NCBI RefSeq assembly: GCF_009834535.1
Contig: NC_045697.1
Location: 15,688,001 to 15,752,000 of the forward strand
Direction: 5' to 3'
Length of the DNA: 64,000 nucleotides
Origin: Camelus ferus
Taxonomy: Eukaryota
Positions 52,045-64,000 of this stretch are shown here, piece after piece. The first letter of the stretch is position 1; every line of letters begins with the position of its first letter. A model generated the notes under the pieces. That model had not been told where the DNA came from. It saw only the letters and a list, made by a program, of their open reading frames with translations, and made no database searches. The position numbers and the translations under genes are program-made.

Positions 52045-55000
52045 GGTCTTAGGCAGGTGGGAAGGAACATTTCATCTTTCTTTGGCTTTTGTCCCCAAAG
52101 AATCTAGTTATGTGTTAGCGTATATTTCCAGGTACTCAGGAGAAAATGACCTTTGTTCCATGGAGGCAAATCTGGGGCTAGGAAGGGACTAGCAATGAGT
52201 CAAGGACAAATTTCTACAAGGAAGCCCCAGGAGGAGATAGATTATATAGTGTAATATTGATTATTTTGTAGCAAGTTACTTTTGCTATGTGTATCCCTGT
52301 TAGTATCTTCAGGCCCTTAGCACTCAGTAAATTATTTTTAATTTTTCAACCTGGTTTTAGCTGCATTATGGAGAATTAAAGGATGAGTCCTGTGTATCAT
52401 TGTGGAAGAAAATGTCAAAGAAAGAGCAGCATTCTCTTTAAGTAGCAGGGGAAATTAATATGAGATGCTATTTCTCTAAGAACAATACCAAAGTCTCTGA
52501 GATCTGACTCTCCCCATCAGATAGTCTTCCTAAGTTGTTGATTTGGGCTGAGCTGGGTTTGGATTTTATTACAAGTCAAAATGGTTTTCTTACATAAGAA
52601 AAGAACAGAGTTGGTGGCCCCTTACGTGGAATTTTTTTTTGTTTCATTTTGTTTTGTTTTGTTTTGTTTTTTTGTATTTTAGGAAAGTCAAGACCAGGCA
52701 TCCAATCAGTAAGGAAAAGTCAGTGGTTTGGAAACATGCTCTGACTATTAAGGAGACTGACAGGTTGTACAAGATAAATGTGGAACAGATGGTCAGATAA
52801 TTGGGAAGCTATGGCCTATTGACAGAGGAAGATTGTCAACGCTAACAGCTGGGTTGGTCAGGTAAAGCAGTGGAAACGGGCTGCTGTGGGAGACATTCAC
52901 AATAACCAGTATCTTCACTGGAGTCTGTAGAGTGAGATGGTTTGGGAATTGGTAAGAGTCTCACTTCAGGAGTTAATTCTCCCATGATTTAAGAGACTGA
53001 ATCCTCCAGGTGAATTGGATTCTAAGCTGAAATGCTAACAACCTAAGGAAAGCTTGGAATTTTCTTTTTACTTCAAGGGTAGGTGAAATATATTGCATGA
53101 GCCTTGAGTAAGGGTGAACAGTAGCCATATTGATATTATCGCTAAAGGAAGTGAAATTTTCTTTGGATTTTCCCACTTAGATAACTGATATGGCACAATG
53201 ATTTAGGACCTCTTGAATGCCTCTGTAATTCATCATCTGTCAATACCAGAAATATGGTGTAGAAATATGAGCTTAAAGTTAACAAGTAGAAGCAGTAAAC
53301 TCTAAGCTTTAAACTGCTGCTCTTAGGGAGAATGTTTAATAGTGTTAATAACAATGACATCTCAGAAATGCTTTATAATACAGAGGAAGGAAAAAAAAAC
53401 ATTTCTGAGTTCTAAGACTAGGAGCAAGCATTAGATGGAAAGAATTAGATGAAGGATCCAACCTTTTACTATAGTTGATGATGCGTCTCCATTAACCATC
53501 TGAAATTTGAGCAAGTACAGATGCAGAGACTGGAAGTTCTTGCTCCGTACTGATTGTTCTGCACAACTGGCAAGAAGTCTCTGATGAAGGATATTGAGAA
53601 TTAAGTAGGGCCACACCTTTGTAAACACAAGAAAGAAGATTGGCAGAACTCCAAAATGAAGAAGAAAGATATCTAATGAATCATATTCAGAGTCTCTTTA
53701 CAGGCATCTTAACCACGAACCTGGGAGACTAACTAAACACTATATAGACGACATTATGTTAAACCAAATATGTATATAGAGAGATTATCTATCTGTCTCT
53801 CATTATATACCTTATCTACCTATCTAAAACTTATATGAAGACGCCTTTTCTAATTTGAAGATGAAAGTGATGAAGGTTGAGAACTGAAACTACCAATTCT
53901 TACCCCCAGCTTGGATGTTGAGGAGTTAAAAATGCTTGTTCTCCTCACTCCCCACAGCAGTTTACTTTAATATGACTTTACTATTCCACTGCCTTCATTG
54001 GCATGGCTTTCAAAAGACCCATCAATTATTCAATAAAAAGCATCAACAGAGTTTGCACTCAAAGATTTTTATAATGTCTTGCCTCAAAAATCCTTGCCTG
54101 TTTGTTTCAACAATCCTGAACTGTTCTGTCTTACTTCTTACATAATTCTTATCAGACCTAAACTAAAAAACTAAATGTCCAATTCTCAATTCTCAACTGA
54201 TTAATTCTGATTTTATTCCTCTAATGAGACATTACTAAAATGTTGCAGAGGCTTGTTCTCCATTTATATGGTAGGCAATATACTTAGCTTTGTCCTACCC
54301 ACAAGTTGTATTTGGGGATATTTGACGAGCCAATCTTCAAGAAGTTCTTTTTTTAGTTGTTTTGCATAGAATAAAATTACACTTTTAGCTTTTAAGAACA
54401 TGTATAAATGACTGATTTGTGCTGGCCTTTTTAAACAATGAATTATAACTTCTCCCCATACACTTAAAAGGCAGCTTCCAACAGCAACAGCTGTATTATC
54501 ATTGTAATCTTGAGAAATAGATGATGAATGGTCTCAGTAACCTTGGTATAGGATCTTACAAGAATATATGACAGGCAGTATATTTATTATTTTTGTTGGC
54601 ACCCCAAGATCAGAGTTGACTTCTTTCTTGCCCTGATGTTCATTTATTACGTGGGCTCTCTTTTATTCCTGATTCTCTGGAGGTTCACTGTTGGGTGAAT
54701 GACTGAGATCACCTGATGCCACAATGTGTAAAATGCCATGACAGTTCCTGAACTCTTCCTCATGGAGTTTGGATTGCATGTCCTCTTGAAGTGGCCCTTG
54801 TTTCAACAGAAAATGTAGTTGTGCCTCCAAGCAGAGAATTAGTATAAGTATCTGAATTTGAGCAGAACTACAGCGCTGAGATGCTAAGAGCACATGATTC
54901 CTGTGTGCTGGTATTCTACTAGTATGGTTTCCTTATCTCTGTGTTAAAAACCACTTTTAGCATTTATGGCTGAAATGATATGATGTCTGCAATTTGTGTC

Positions 55001-55509
55001 AAATGGTCTGGTGGGGGTTGGGGTATAGGATTTGTAGACGAAATAAAATTAGCCTTGAAGATGATAATTTCAAAGCTAAGTGATAGATACATGAGATTTT
55101 AGTGTACTTTTTCTCGACTTTTGTATATATTTGAAAATTTCCATAATATAAAGTAGACAAAACTCTACCTGCCATTTAGAAGCTATTCCTAACAGGTATA
55201 CTGATTAGGAATTGTCTTAGTGTGTTCAAAAGGTCAAATCTGGTACCATCAAGAGATACCACTTCAGGGATTGAATTGGGATTGGAGAACAACGCTGAGG
55301 CTCTAACGAGAAAAAGAAAAAGTGAAAACATTATAGGGCTATTGAATATTTTTGTTACATTAAAATTTCAAAATAAAAGAATACACTTCAAAGTCTCCCA
55401 GCTTTTATCTTGTCACCCAGTGTTAAGTGTTGAGTCATTTTCATGGCATGAGATGGGAACCCTCACGATGTTCAATTGAAAGAACATTGCTCAATGGTTC
55501 ACACTAGAG

Positions 55510-55685
55510 TAGAGGTCCGCAAACTTTTTTATAAAGGTTCTGATAGTAAATATTTTCCACTTTGCATATGGTTTCTGTCACAATTGCTTAACTCTGCCAT
55601 TGTCGTACAAAAATAGTCATAGACAATCTGTGAACAAATGGACGTGCCTGAATGTGGACTGCGGGCTGTCATTTGCCAACTCTCT
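55510..55685. mobile_element. MER58A-like hAT MITE
   Basis: agaggtccgcaaacttttttataaagg...gatagtaaatatttt...aactctgccattgt...gggctgtcatttgccaactctctg. Confidence 0.75.
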
Positions 55686-58289
55686 GATCAATACATGACC
55701 TCAGGAATTAGACATGTCTGAGTTTATTTCCTTATTTTTCTACTTGTTAACTGTGTGGCCTTGGGCAAATCACTTAACCATTGATTGACTTCTACTTTCC
55801 TGACTTATTAATGCGGTATTTTAGTGTCTGCTTCATATGACTGTTGAGAAGAATTAGATGGTACACTCAAAGCACTTAACAGTGTCTAGGGTTCCTTTAA
55901 GTGCTAAGGAACTATCATGTACTGTTAATCAATCCTCTTGGTATCACAGAATTTATTTCTCATCTAGTTAACATACATTTAATCATTTTCAGAATGCAGT
56001 AGATTTCAGTCATTTAAGGAAATGAAATCCAAGTGTGAAATATCTAAGAATTATTCTAACTAGTTTTTTCATCTTTGTTGTCATCATCTTGTTGAGGTTC
56101 TAGTTGGCTGATAAGTAATACTCTATTCTCCATCCCCAACCCCCAGTTTTCTCCTCAATGACAGAGATACAAGAGTCAGACTTACATGGAGATCAGAATA
56201 CCAGCTTTATTGTTGATAAAACTGAACTGAAGAATATGCTTTAATCTGTGGCCACCAGGACCTTCTAATACCCTCCTACATTAGGTCATTGTGCCCACTC
56301 AGTGATAAGCAGTGTTGAACAACCATGTGCCTCCCCTTTGCAGGAACCAAACCTGCCCCAGTAAGCTTTCTGCTTGGCAGAAGAGGCCACCAGAATGCAA
56401 GTGCCCTTCAAATAGGCTGGTTGCAAAAAAGAAAAGGATCTGATCTGGACAAGCCCACTTCCTTCTCCCATGTACATGAATAAGGTAAATGAGAAGCGGG
56501 AGAGAGGCCAAGAATGTTGCTATAGCTGCAGTCTCTCTCCAGGGAAATACAGAACCACAGAAATGGAGGATTTCCACTAACACGTAACACAAAGTCACCT
56601 ATGCAAGGTGCTACAATTAGCCTGCAAGATCTTCATAACAGCTCTTTGAGGCAGTATTATGAGGCAGTGAACAAGACTCAGAGAGAGAGAGTGAAACAGG
56701 TTCCCCAAGAGCTGCAGTACTAGAGTGGTAGAGCCAGCATTCAAATCCATGTTCAGCTCCCTGCCTCCAAAGCTCAGAGAGCTCTTTCTAGCAAATCTGG
56801 ACCTTCTGAAAAGAAAACAACCAGCCAACCAAGAGCAAAGCAATAATATGAATTAGTTCAGCTTCTACCTTGAGTTTGTACACTCTTATTGCTGTATACC
56901 TGTCACCACATTTGTTCTAGATGTTTCAAATGGACATGCTTATTAATCCACTTGTGGATTTTGCCTGCAATCTACATCTGCCCCTTAAAAAAATACATAC
57001 ATATGTATATACATACATATATTTACGATTATTTAAAAGACAGAGCAACGCAGCCCTTCAATTTTCTGGCTTCTACCCCTTTCTTCATATAAAATAGTGG
57101 TGCTGAGATTCCATCTACAAATTCCTTCAGCTTCCAAGGATGTAATTTGCTTGGTCTTAGAGACTTAAATTCACTTAAAGTGGCTGTGTGCCCTTTTTTG
57201 CTATCTTCTTAACTATCTTGAGCTATAATTCCTTTTTCAAAATTAGAGCTTTCTAAGTTGAAGGAGACCAAATAGAAATATTATAGTGTTCTATCACCTG
57301 TTAACAGTTATATTCTTTAAACAGTATACCATCCCATCATTTTTTTCTTGCCCCTAACAGTTGAAAAATCCCTTTCTGTCATCCTAAATGCCCTGAGATA
57401 CCCTGATTCACTTAGTCTTTTACCTTGCTGAGTGTTCTTAGAGGTTCTTCTTACTACTTTATAGTCACCTTCCAGTCTTAAAACATTACATCCTAAGGAG
57501 ATGCAATGGTAATTCTACACAGGGCTGTGTATCGTGTCTTTTGAGCCACTTTCAGTATGTGGTATTTGTATTGAAGGGCAATTTGTATCAAATTGTTAGG
57601 CTCCATAAAAAAATGAGTAAGATTTTCTGACATTTTGATAAAATGCTGTTTCCTTAAATAGCCAGACATTTTGATGTTCTATCAAAACAACCAACAAGAT
57701 TGCCTTGCATGATTTGTTTTTATACTTTTAATTCGGTTGCTTTCCCAACTGCTACAAATTCTTTCCACGTTAAATCTGTTGTTCTGCTAGATAATGTTAG
57801 TTTTAGCAGAGAGTAGTTATCAAAATTTTGGTGCATTTTAGGGAATTTGGTTTGGATTGCCCTTCAAGTGCAAAATTGATGCTACTGACCCGCCATTAGT
57901 AGGACACGAAATTTGAGTTATTTCCCCTGTGTTGGTGATGGATGGTGCTGCCGGAGCCGCTGGCACTCCCTTTCGCATTACCCATTGTGACTAATCGCAT
58001 GCATTTGCAAGATGATTAGCCAAGGTTAGGGGTACAGTCTGTGATTATGAAACAGATTTTTTTTCTTTATGTGAAAAATTACTAGCTTATCATAGCATTA
58101 AATTATAATTTTGCTCCATATCCTAACCAGTGGTTGGTTGTTAATAGCAATTTATATTCTTATGGCTATTATGTGTTGTTTGCTACACATTTCCTGAGTA
58201 CAGCCCTGTCCCATCCTCATTTTCCTCCCATTAAATGCTTACAGCTTTCAAATGTACCAATTCTACTGCAAAAGGACCAGAAACTCATT

Positions 58290-59960
58290 TGTTCGACAAA
58301 CTGAGTGCTTACTATGTATTAAGCTCTGTTCTAGTGCTGGCGATATAGCAGTGAATATATCAGTCCTTTCCTTCCTGGAGCTTTTATTTTAGTAAGGAGG
58401 AGAAGGGCAATACACTAATATACAAGTAAAAGTACAGGTCACATGTTATAAATAGGGAGACAAATAAAATATGGAGGAGAAGTAGGACGTGCCAGGGAAG
58501 GAAACCTTATAGGGTCATCGAGGAGACTTGAGCGGTAAGGAGACTTTTGAGCAGAGACTGAAAATAAAGGAGAAAACCACGCGGATATTTGAGGAAAAGT
58601 CTTCTAAGCAGATGAAACAGCAAGTGCAAATACTCTGAAAAGAGGAGGATGTTTGCATGCTCAGAAACAGCCAGGAGACCAGTGTGAAGCCAAGACATGA
58701 GAGAAAGACTCACAGGAGATAAAGTCAGACAACTAAGAAGGGGGCTGATTACGTAGGATCATATTGGCAATTGCAAGATTTTGGCTTTTACTCCAAGTTA
58801 GATTGGAAGCCACTGGATGATTTTAAGTGGAGGTGTGCCTTGATCTGACTTACAACAGTCAGTTTCACTGCTATTTCAGAATAGGCTTTAGCAAGATGTG
58901 TTAGTTATCTATTGCTATGTAACAAATTGTCTCAAAATTTAGCAAGTTAAAATATCACACATTTGTTGTCACATAGATTCTATGGGTCAGGAATTTAGGC
59001 ACAGCTTAGCTGGGGCCTGTGCTTTAGGGTCTCCCAGTGCTTGCAGTCAAGGTGTTGGCCAGGGCCTCAGTAACCTCAAGGTTAACTAGGTTGGGATCTG
59101 CCTCCAAATTCACTCATTGATTGTCAGGAGAGTTCAGTTCCTTCTGGGCTGTTGGAATGAGTGCCTTGGTTAATTGCTGGCTGATGGCCAGAGGCCGTTG
59201 TCTGTTCTTTGCTAGGTAGTCCTCTCCATCAGAGCAAGCATGCAGAGCCAGAGACAGAAATCTCAGCAAGGTGAAAGTCAGAGTCTTTTGTAACATCCCA
59301 TTGCTTTTACTGTGTTTGGTTCACTAAGAGCAGCCGTAAGGTCCAGCACACATTCGAGAGGAGAGTATTACCTGAAGGCATGGCTACCAGGAAGTGGGGT
59401 CACTGGGAGCCATGCCAGCAACAGCAATCACAGGAGGCTAGGACAGACACAAGGAGATCAGTTAGGATGCTACTAGTGTATTGTTAATGGCTATCGATAC
59501 TTCTGTTGGCAATTTATGGTGTCGGGTGCTAAATTGTTCCCCAAACCCTGCTTCCTATGCAGATTCTGGATATATTTTGAAGTTCAGATGAATGATATTT
59601 ACTGAGACATTGGATATGGAATGTGAGAGAAAGGTGAATCAAGGATGACTCTTAAGGCTTCTGATATGAGCCACTGGAAAGGTGGACTTGCCCTTTTCTG
59701 AAATAGAAGAAATTCTGCAAGGAGAAAATTTTGTCAGGGGAGGAAGGAATTAAGAGTTAAGTTTTGAACATGTTGACGTTGAGTTGCCTCTTTGACATCC
59801 AAGTGAGGTGTTGATTTGGCAGTGGGCTACAGGAGTCTAGAGCTCAGGGTAGAGGTTAGAGCTGTAAATAAAATTTTGAAAGTCATCACTATTTACATTG
59901 TATTTAAAGCTGTGACGCTAGGTACTATCACTAAGTGAGAGTGTATGCTGGAAATTCTAG
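58290..59960. mobile_element. L2 LINE interrupted by a reverse MaLR (MLT1-type) LTR at ~58897-59420
   Basis: L2 motifs (actgagtgcttactatgt, gattggaagccactgga, gacatccaagtg) on both sides of tgtgttagttatctattgctatgtaacaaatt...gggtcaggaatttaggcacagcttagctgg. Confidence 0.7.
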
Positions 59961-62357
59961 AGACTGCACTAAACTGGGAAAGAGCATCTTTGCAAAAGAT
60001 TCACAAATGAACAAGACCATGTGACACTATACTTACCTCTGCAGTCATCTCTTTGCCCCTAACAAGGAGAACTTTCTACATCATGCAACTCAGTCTAGCT
60101 TAAGGGCTGGAACTTCCAGAACAAGACTTTGGCTCCAACTTTGCATTTTTTCTAGCTAGTAGTTGTCCAGACTGAGAGTCTGGATTCCCCAAAAGCAAAA
60201 GCAAACCCATGCTAATAGGGAATGGAAGTTTTAAAATGACAGACCTTTTTAAAAAGAACTTCAGAGATAACTTTTTTTCGGGGGAGGAGAGGGTGACGTT
60301 CAAGGTCATTTACATGAGCTTAGCTCTTGTAGTATTTTTTTCTAGTTCTTTCTTCTCTCTTTGACCAATTTCATCCACTGCTTTGACTTCAAACATCATT
60401 TACATGCTGACAAGTTCCAAGATCTGTATTTTAAATCTCAGACTTTCTTTCCCAAGTTTCTGGTTTACATTATGAACTGTTCCCTGGGCATCTCGATCTG
60501 GAGTCCTACAGACACTGAATATGAATTCACACTTGCTTTCAAGAACCTATTCTGTCACTTTTTAAGTTCATGCCCTTATCCATCCAGTCTCCTATGTCAA
60601 AAACCTAGGAGGCATCCCAGGGTTTCCTTCTCTCTCAAATGTGATTAGTAATCATAATAAAACGAATGATATAGAAATTTATAAATATTACATCTAGTCA
60701 TTACAATAACTCATTGAGTAGGTATGGTTCTATTTCTTTTATAAATGAGAGGGTAAAACAATTTATGAGATCAAAAGGCAAATTAATGGCAGAACCTGGA
60801 GCCAACCCAGCTGCAAATCTAGTGTCCTTTATACTAGTCAATGTTTCGTCTTCATTCATTCACCAAGTCTTATTAGTTGTAAATTCAGGAGCATCTCTGC
60901 CTTCTAATCTCTCCTTTTTGAACTCTGCCATGGACTTCATGCAGAACTTGATTGTCTCTCACCTAGATTTTAAAATCTCACCCTAGCTGTCCTCCATTCT
61001 TAAAACAGTTTATAGTCACACTCTACTGGGGTCATCCTTAAAAGCAAAACCATTTGCACCATTTCCCTTTCTAAATACTTTGACTCTCACTGCATGTAAA
61101 ATCAAGTCTCAAGCCTTAACATTTTGACACTCAATGCCTTTTTCAGACTCCAGCCTTACTCCAGGTTCAGAAATCTCCAAGGACGCTTTGCTCCAGAAAT
61201 TCTAGACTTGCCTTTTACTTTGCCTGTGTTCTCCTTTCTTCTTAGAATGCCTGCCTGCCTTCTCCCTTCTAACTATAAGAGTCTTAACGCATACTTTAAA
61301 ACTAGGTCAAATGTTACCTCCTCTGTGTGGCTTCTATAAATTTAGGAAAAGCTAGTTAACTCCATCTCCTGGGCTTTCGGGGCTAATTTCTGCTTACATC
61401 TTTGCCTCTAACAATAGATCGTAAGATGCTTAAATACAGAGACTGTCTTCTCTTTGATTCCCAGTGCTATCACCTCGAGATATTCTGTGCATATCTGTTT
61501 TTATAAATGATAAAAATCATCCATTTATCTGATTCAGATTTTTTTTAAATGTACCATTTTTATATGAAAGGGGGCTATCTCTTGACTGCATTTTGTTGAT
61601 TCCATTAAGGATGGCATTAATTGTTTATAGACACCTTAGGTATATTTTGAAGCTTTTCATAAGGTGAAAATCCTTTTCGTTCTTTTTAGTATGAATGAAT
61701 TAGATAGACTGAATAAGATTAATATTTAAGCTGCATATTTAATATCAAAGACAATTTAAAATTGGTTAAATGTCATGCATTAGCCAGAGGAAGTAGCTAG
61801 TAAATTTGTCTGTTGGTGCCTAGATCTATAGAAAGTACTCAATTTTTAGGGCAGGCTGATACAGACATTATGGAGGTTTTTAAATTTTTTTTGCCTTTGA
61901 CATACTGCAAGCATATCACTTTGCTGCTTATTTTGTTTAAATCTGTGCAGAGATTAACCCACACATTACTGACACTGACATCTATTGAGCTCCTCAAGTC
62001 ATCTCTTATCACCAATTTATTTTTAGGAAGGGAAACAACTGAGATACTTTTGAAGTTGCTACAATCTTTATTTACATTAGCTTATCCAGTAGAACTTTAA
62101 CAATTTAAAGGGTTTTTCCCCCCAGAAAGTAATTACAATGATGATGTATTTTACAGTTTGTTGATGGCAAAGACATTTTCCTTAAAAAGAGTCTTGATGT
62201 ACATTACTTTAAATATGGTTCTGAAATAGTGGTTGTGCAAAATGTATTGTACTAATTAAGCAAGCTAGAAGTACTAAGAAAATTTGTGATTATTGCATTA
62301 ATTTCTGGACCAAATAAAAAAGCGCAGTTAATTTTTATGGCACAATTTATTTGATAC

Positions 62358-62850
62358 TTGCAGCTGCCTCTCCAGTACCCATTCACCTCTTCTCAGTAAC
62401 CGCTGATTTCTGTTTGGGATTCCATGTGGTTTTAGGGAAGATACTGACTCCATCTAGGCTGTAGGAATACAGCACATGACCTCGACCAAGCCAGCTGGAC
62501 CAATGCACTGCCCTAGCCACCACGCTTGGCTCAGAAGTTGGCATGTGACCGAAGCTAGTATAATCAGAGGGAGAGAATGGAGTGACCCACAGATATGAAG
62601 TCTAGAACTCTGGAAGCCATTTTGTTTCATTAGTGAAGACTGCATGTGGGTAAGGAGGCTCTACAGAGAACAAAAGGGGTGAGAGAGTCACAGTAAGCCT
62701 GAGATACAGACTGACTGCATTTTAATCAAACCGTGTCTAGAGACCACTCTGTTTCTTGGTCTGTCATTGGAGCAGTCAAGACATTTCCTTATTACTTTGG
62801 TCACTTTATGTTGTTTTCTTTTACTTGAAACCAAAACCATTCTGATACAT
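62358..62850 (+). mobile_element. Old MaLR LTR (MLT1K-like)
   Basis: ccatgtggttttaggga...gcacatgacc...ggcatgtgacc...ttacttgaaaccaaaaccattctgataca. Confidence 0.55.
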
Positions 62851-63644
62851 CCCTATTCATGTGTGGCAGAATGGATAAGATCCTTTGACTACAAGAAATA
62901 TGTTTTGGTATTTAGATTTGAGGACAAATGTCTTTGATCCATAGCATTGCAAGGTAAGTAATAAAACCACTTTAGGAGGTCTCAGCTCCACAGACTGTGT
63001 GGTCAGATTGACTCATCATACTCTCTTGCTCAGGGTCCATTCTGTTTTCTTTGTTAGGCAGCACCACCCTTGACAAACTCAAGAGTAAATGATGTCAGAG
63101 TTGATCTAATAATACTGCTTATGCTATATGATAACCTACATGCACCATCTGGGGTATTAGGAGCTTGACTGAGCTGGAAAAAAGAGAGCTGAGCTGGTAG
63201 GTATCAGAGTAACAGGATTCATGCAACAAGCCAAAGATAAGAGTTAAGTCTTTAACCACTTGCTGAGATAATGTAAGCAAGAGGCTAAAATCAGAGAAAT
63301 TGCCAACTCCTCCTGTTCCATTTTCCCCCATGAATCCAGAGTTGAGTGGATCGCTGCAGATATGAAGGGTTGTCTCACTGTTGAGGGAACCTTGAACAAA
63401 AGCCTCTGGCACTTTTGTGGACCTCAGGTGGGGGAAGCACTACAGGTGGAAAAGTATTGGATATGAGAGTAGGGAAATATATCTTCAAGGTCTGCGTTTT
63501 CACTCCATAAGAAGACCTTGGCAGAGGCACCTGAAGGGGACCTCAGCCGAAGTCTTCTGATAAGGAAACCTAGGAATATAGGAGCCTGGTCTAGAACTGC
63601 AGGTAAATGAAAGTATGACCAGTGGGCAACCTGGGGGCCTAAGT

Positions 63645-64000
63645 TCTTTTTTTTTTTTTAAAATATATTTTTATTGAAGTACAGTCAGTTTACAATGTTG
63701 TGTCAGTTTCTGGTGTACAGCACAATACTTCAGTCACATAGGAACATACATACATTCAGTCTCATATTCTTCACCATAGATTACTACAAGATATTAAATA
63801 TAGTTCCCTGTGCTATACAGTATAAACTTGTTGTTTATCTATTTTATATATAGTAGTTAGTATCTGAAAATCTCAAACTCCAAATTTATCCCTTCCCACC
63901 CCTTTTCCCCCTGGTAACCATAAGTTTGTTTTCTATGTCTATGAGTCTGTTTCTGTTTGGTAAATAAGTTTGTGTTTTTTTAGATTCCACATGTAAGTGA
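63645..64000 (-). mobile_element. LINE-1 3' end (continues past the window)
   Basis: Poly-T then tttattgaagtacagtcagtttacaatgttgtg...tatagttccctgtgctatacag...tttagattccacatgtaagtga. Confidence 0.9.

Noticed and set aside
56090..56595. Possible additional old reverse-oriented LTR
   Set aside because: Has a tttatt signal and TG/CA-like ends, but no TSD or family match I can support.

Overview
Mammalian genomic DNA, most likely a camelid (six copies of a Vic-1-like tRNA-derived SINE; no Alu, Bov-A/Bov-tA or PRE-1 seen). It holds the 5' end of the adhesion GPCR gene ADGRA3 (GPR125) on the minus strand. Coding exon 1 (32227-32477) lies in a CpG island, followed by a ~21.6 kb intron 1 and the 72-bp LRR exon 2 (10518-10589). 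Intron 2 runs off the left edge. The ~31 kb upstream of the promoter (33.3-64 kb) has no recognisable protein gene and is mostly transposon-derived: three ERV1-type solo LTRs with target-site duplications, a decayed env plus 3' LTR, and MaLR, L1, L2, hAT and Tigger elements. The most interesting observations: a two-AUG upstream ORF ending 41 nt before the ADGRA3 start codon; a decayed but CpG-rich solo LTR ~9 kb upstream carrying NRF1/CRE/GC-box motifs, followed by plus-strand splice signals (candidate exapted promoter); an intact-looking intronic solo LTR with a triplicated CCAAT enhancer near exon 2; and an internally deleted env remnant. I see no clearly novel multi-gene system. Repeat subfamily names come from my recollection of consensus sequences and need RepeatMasker/Dfam confirmation.
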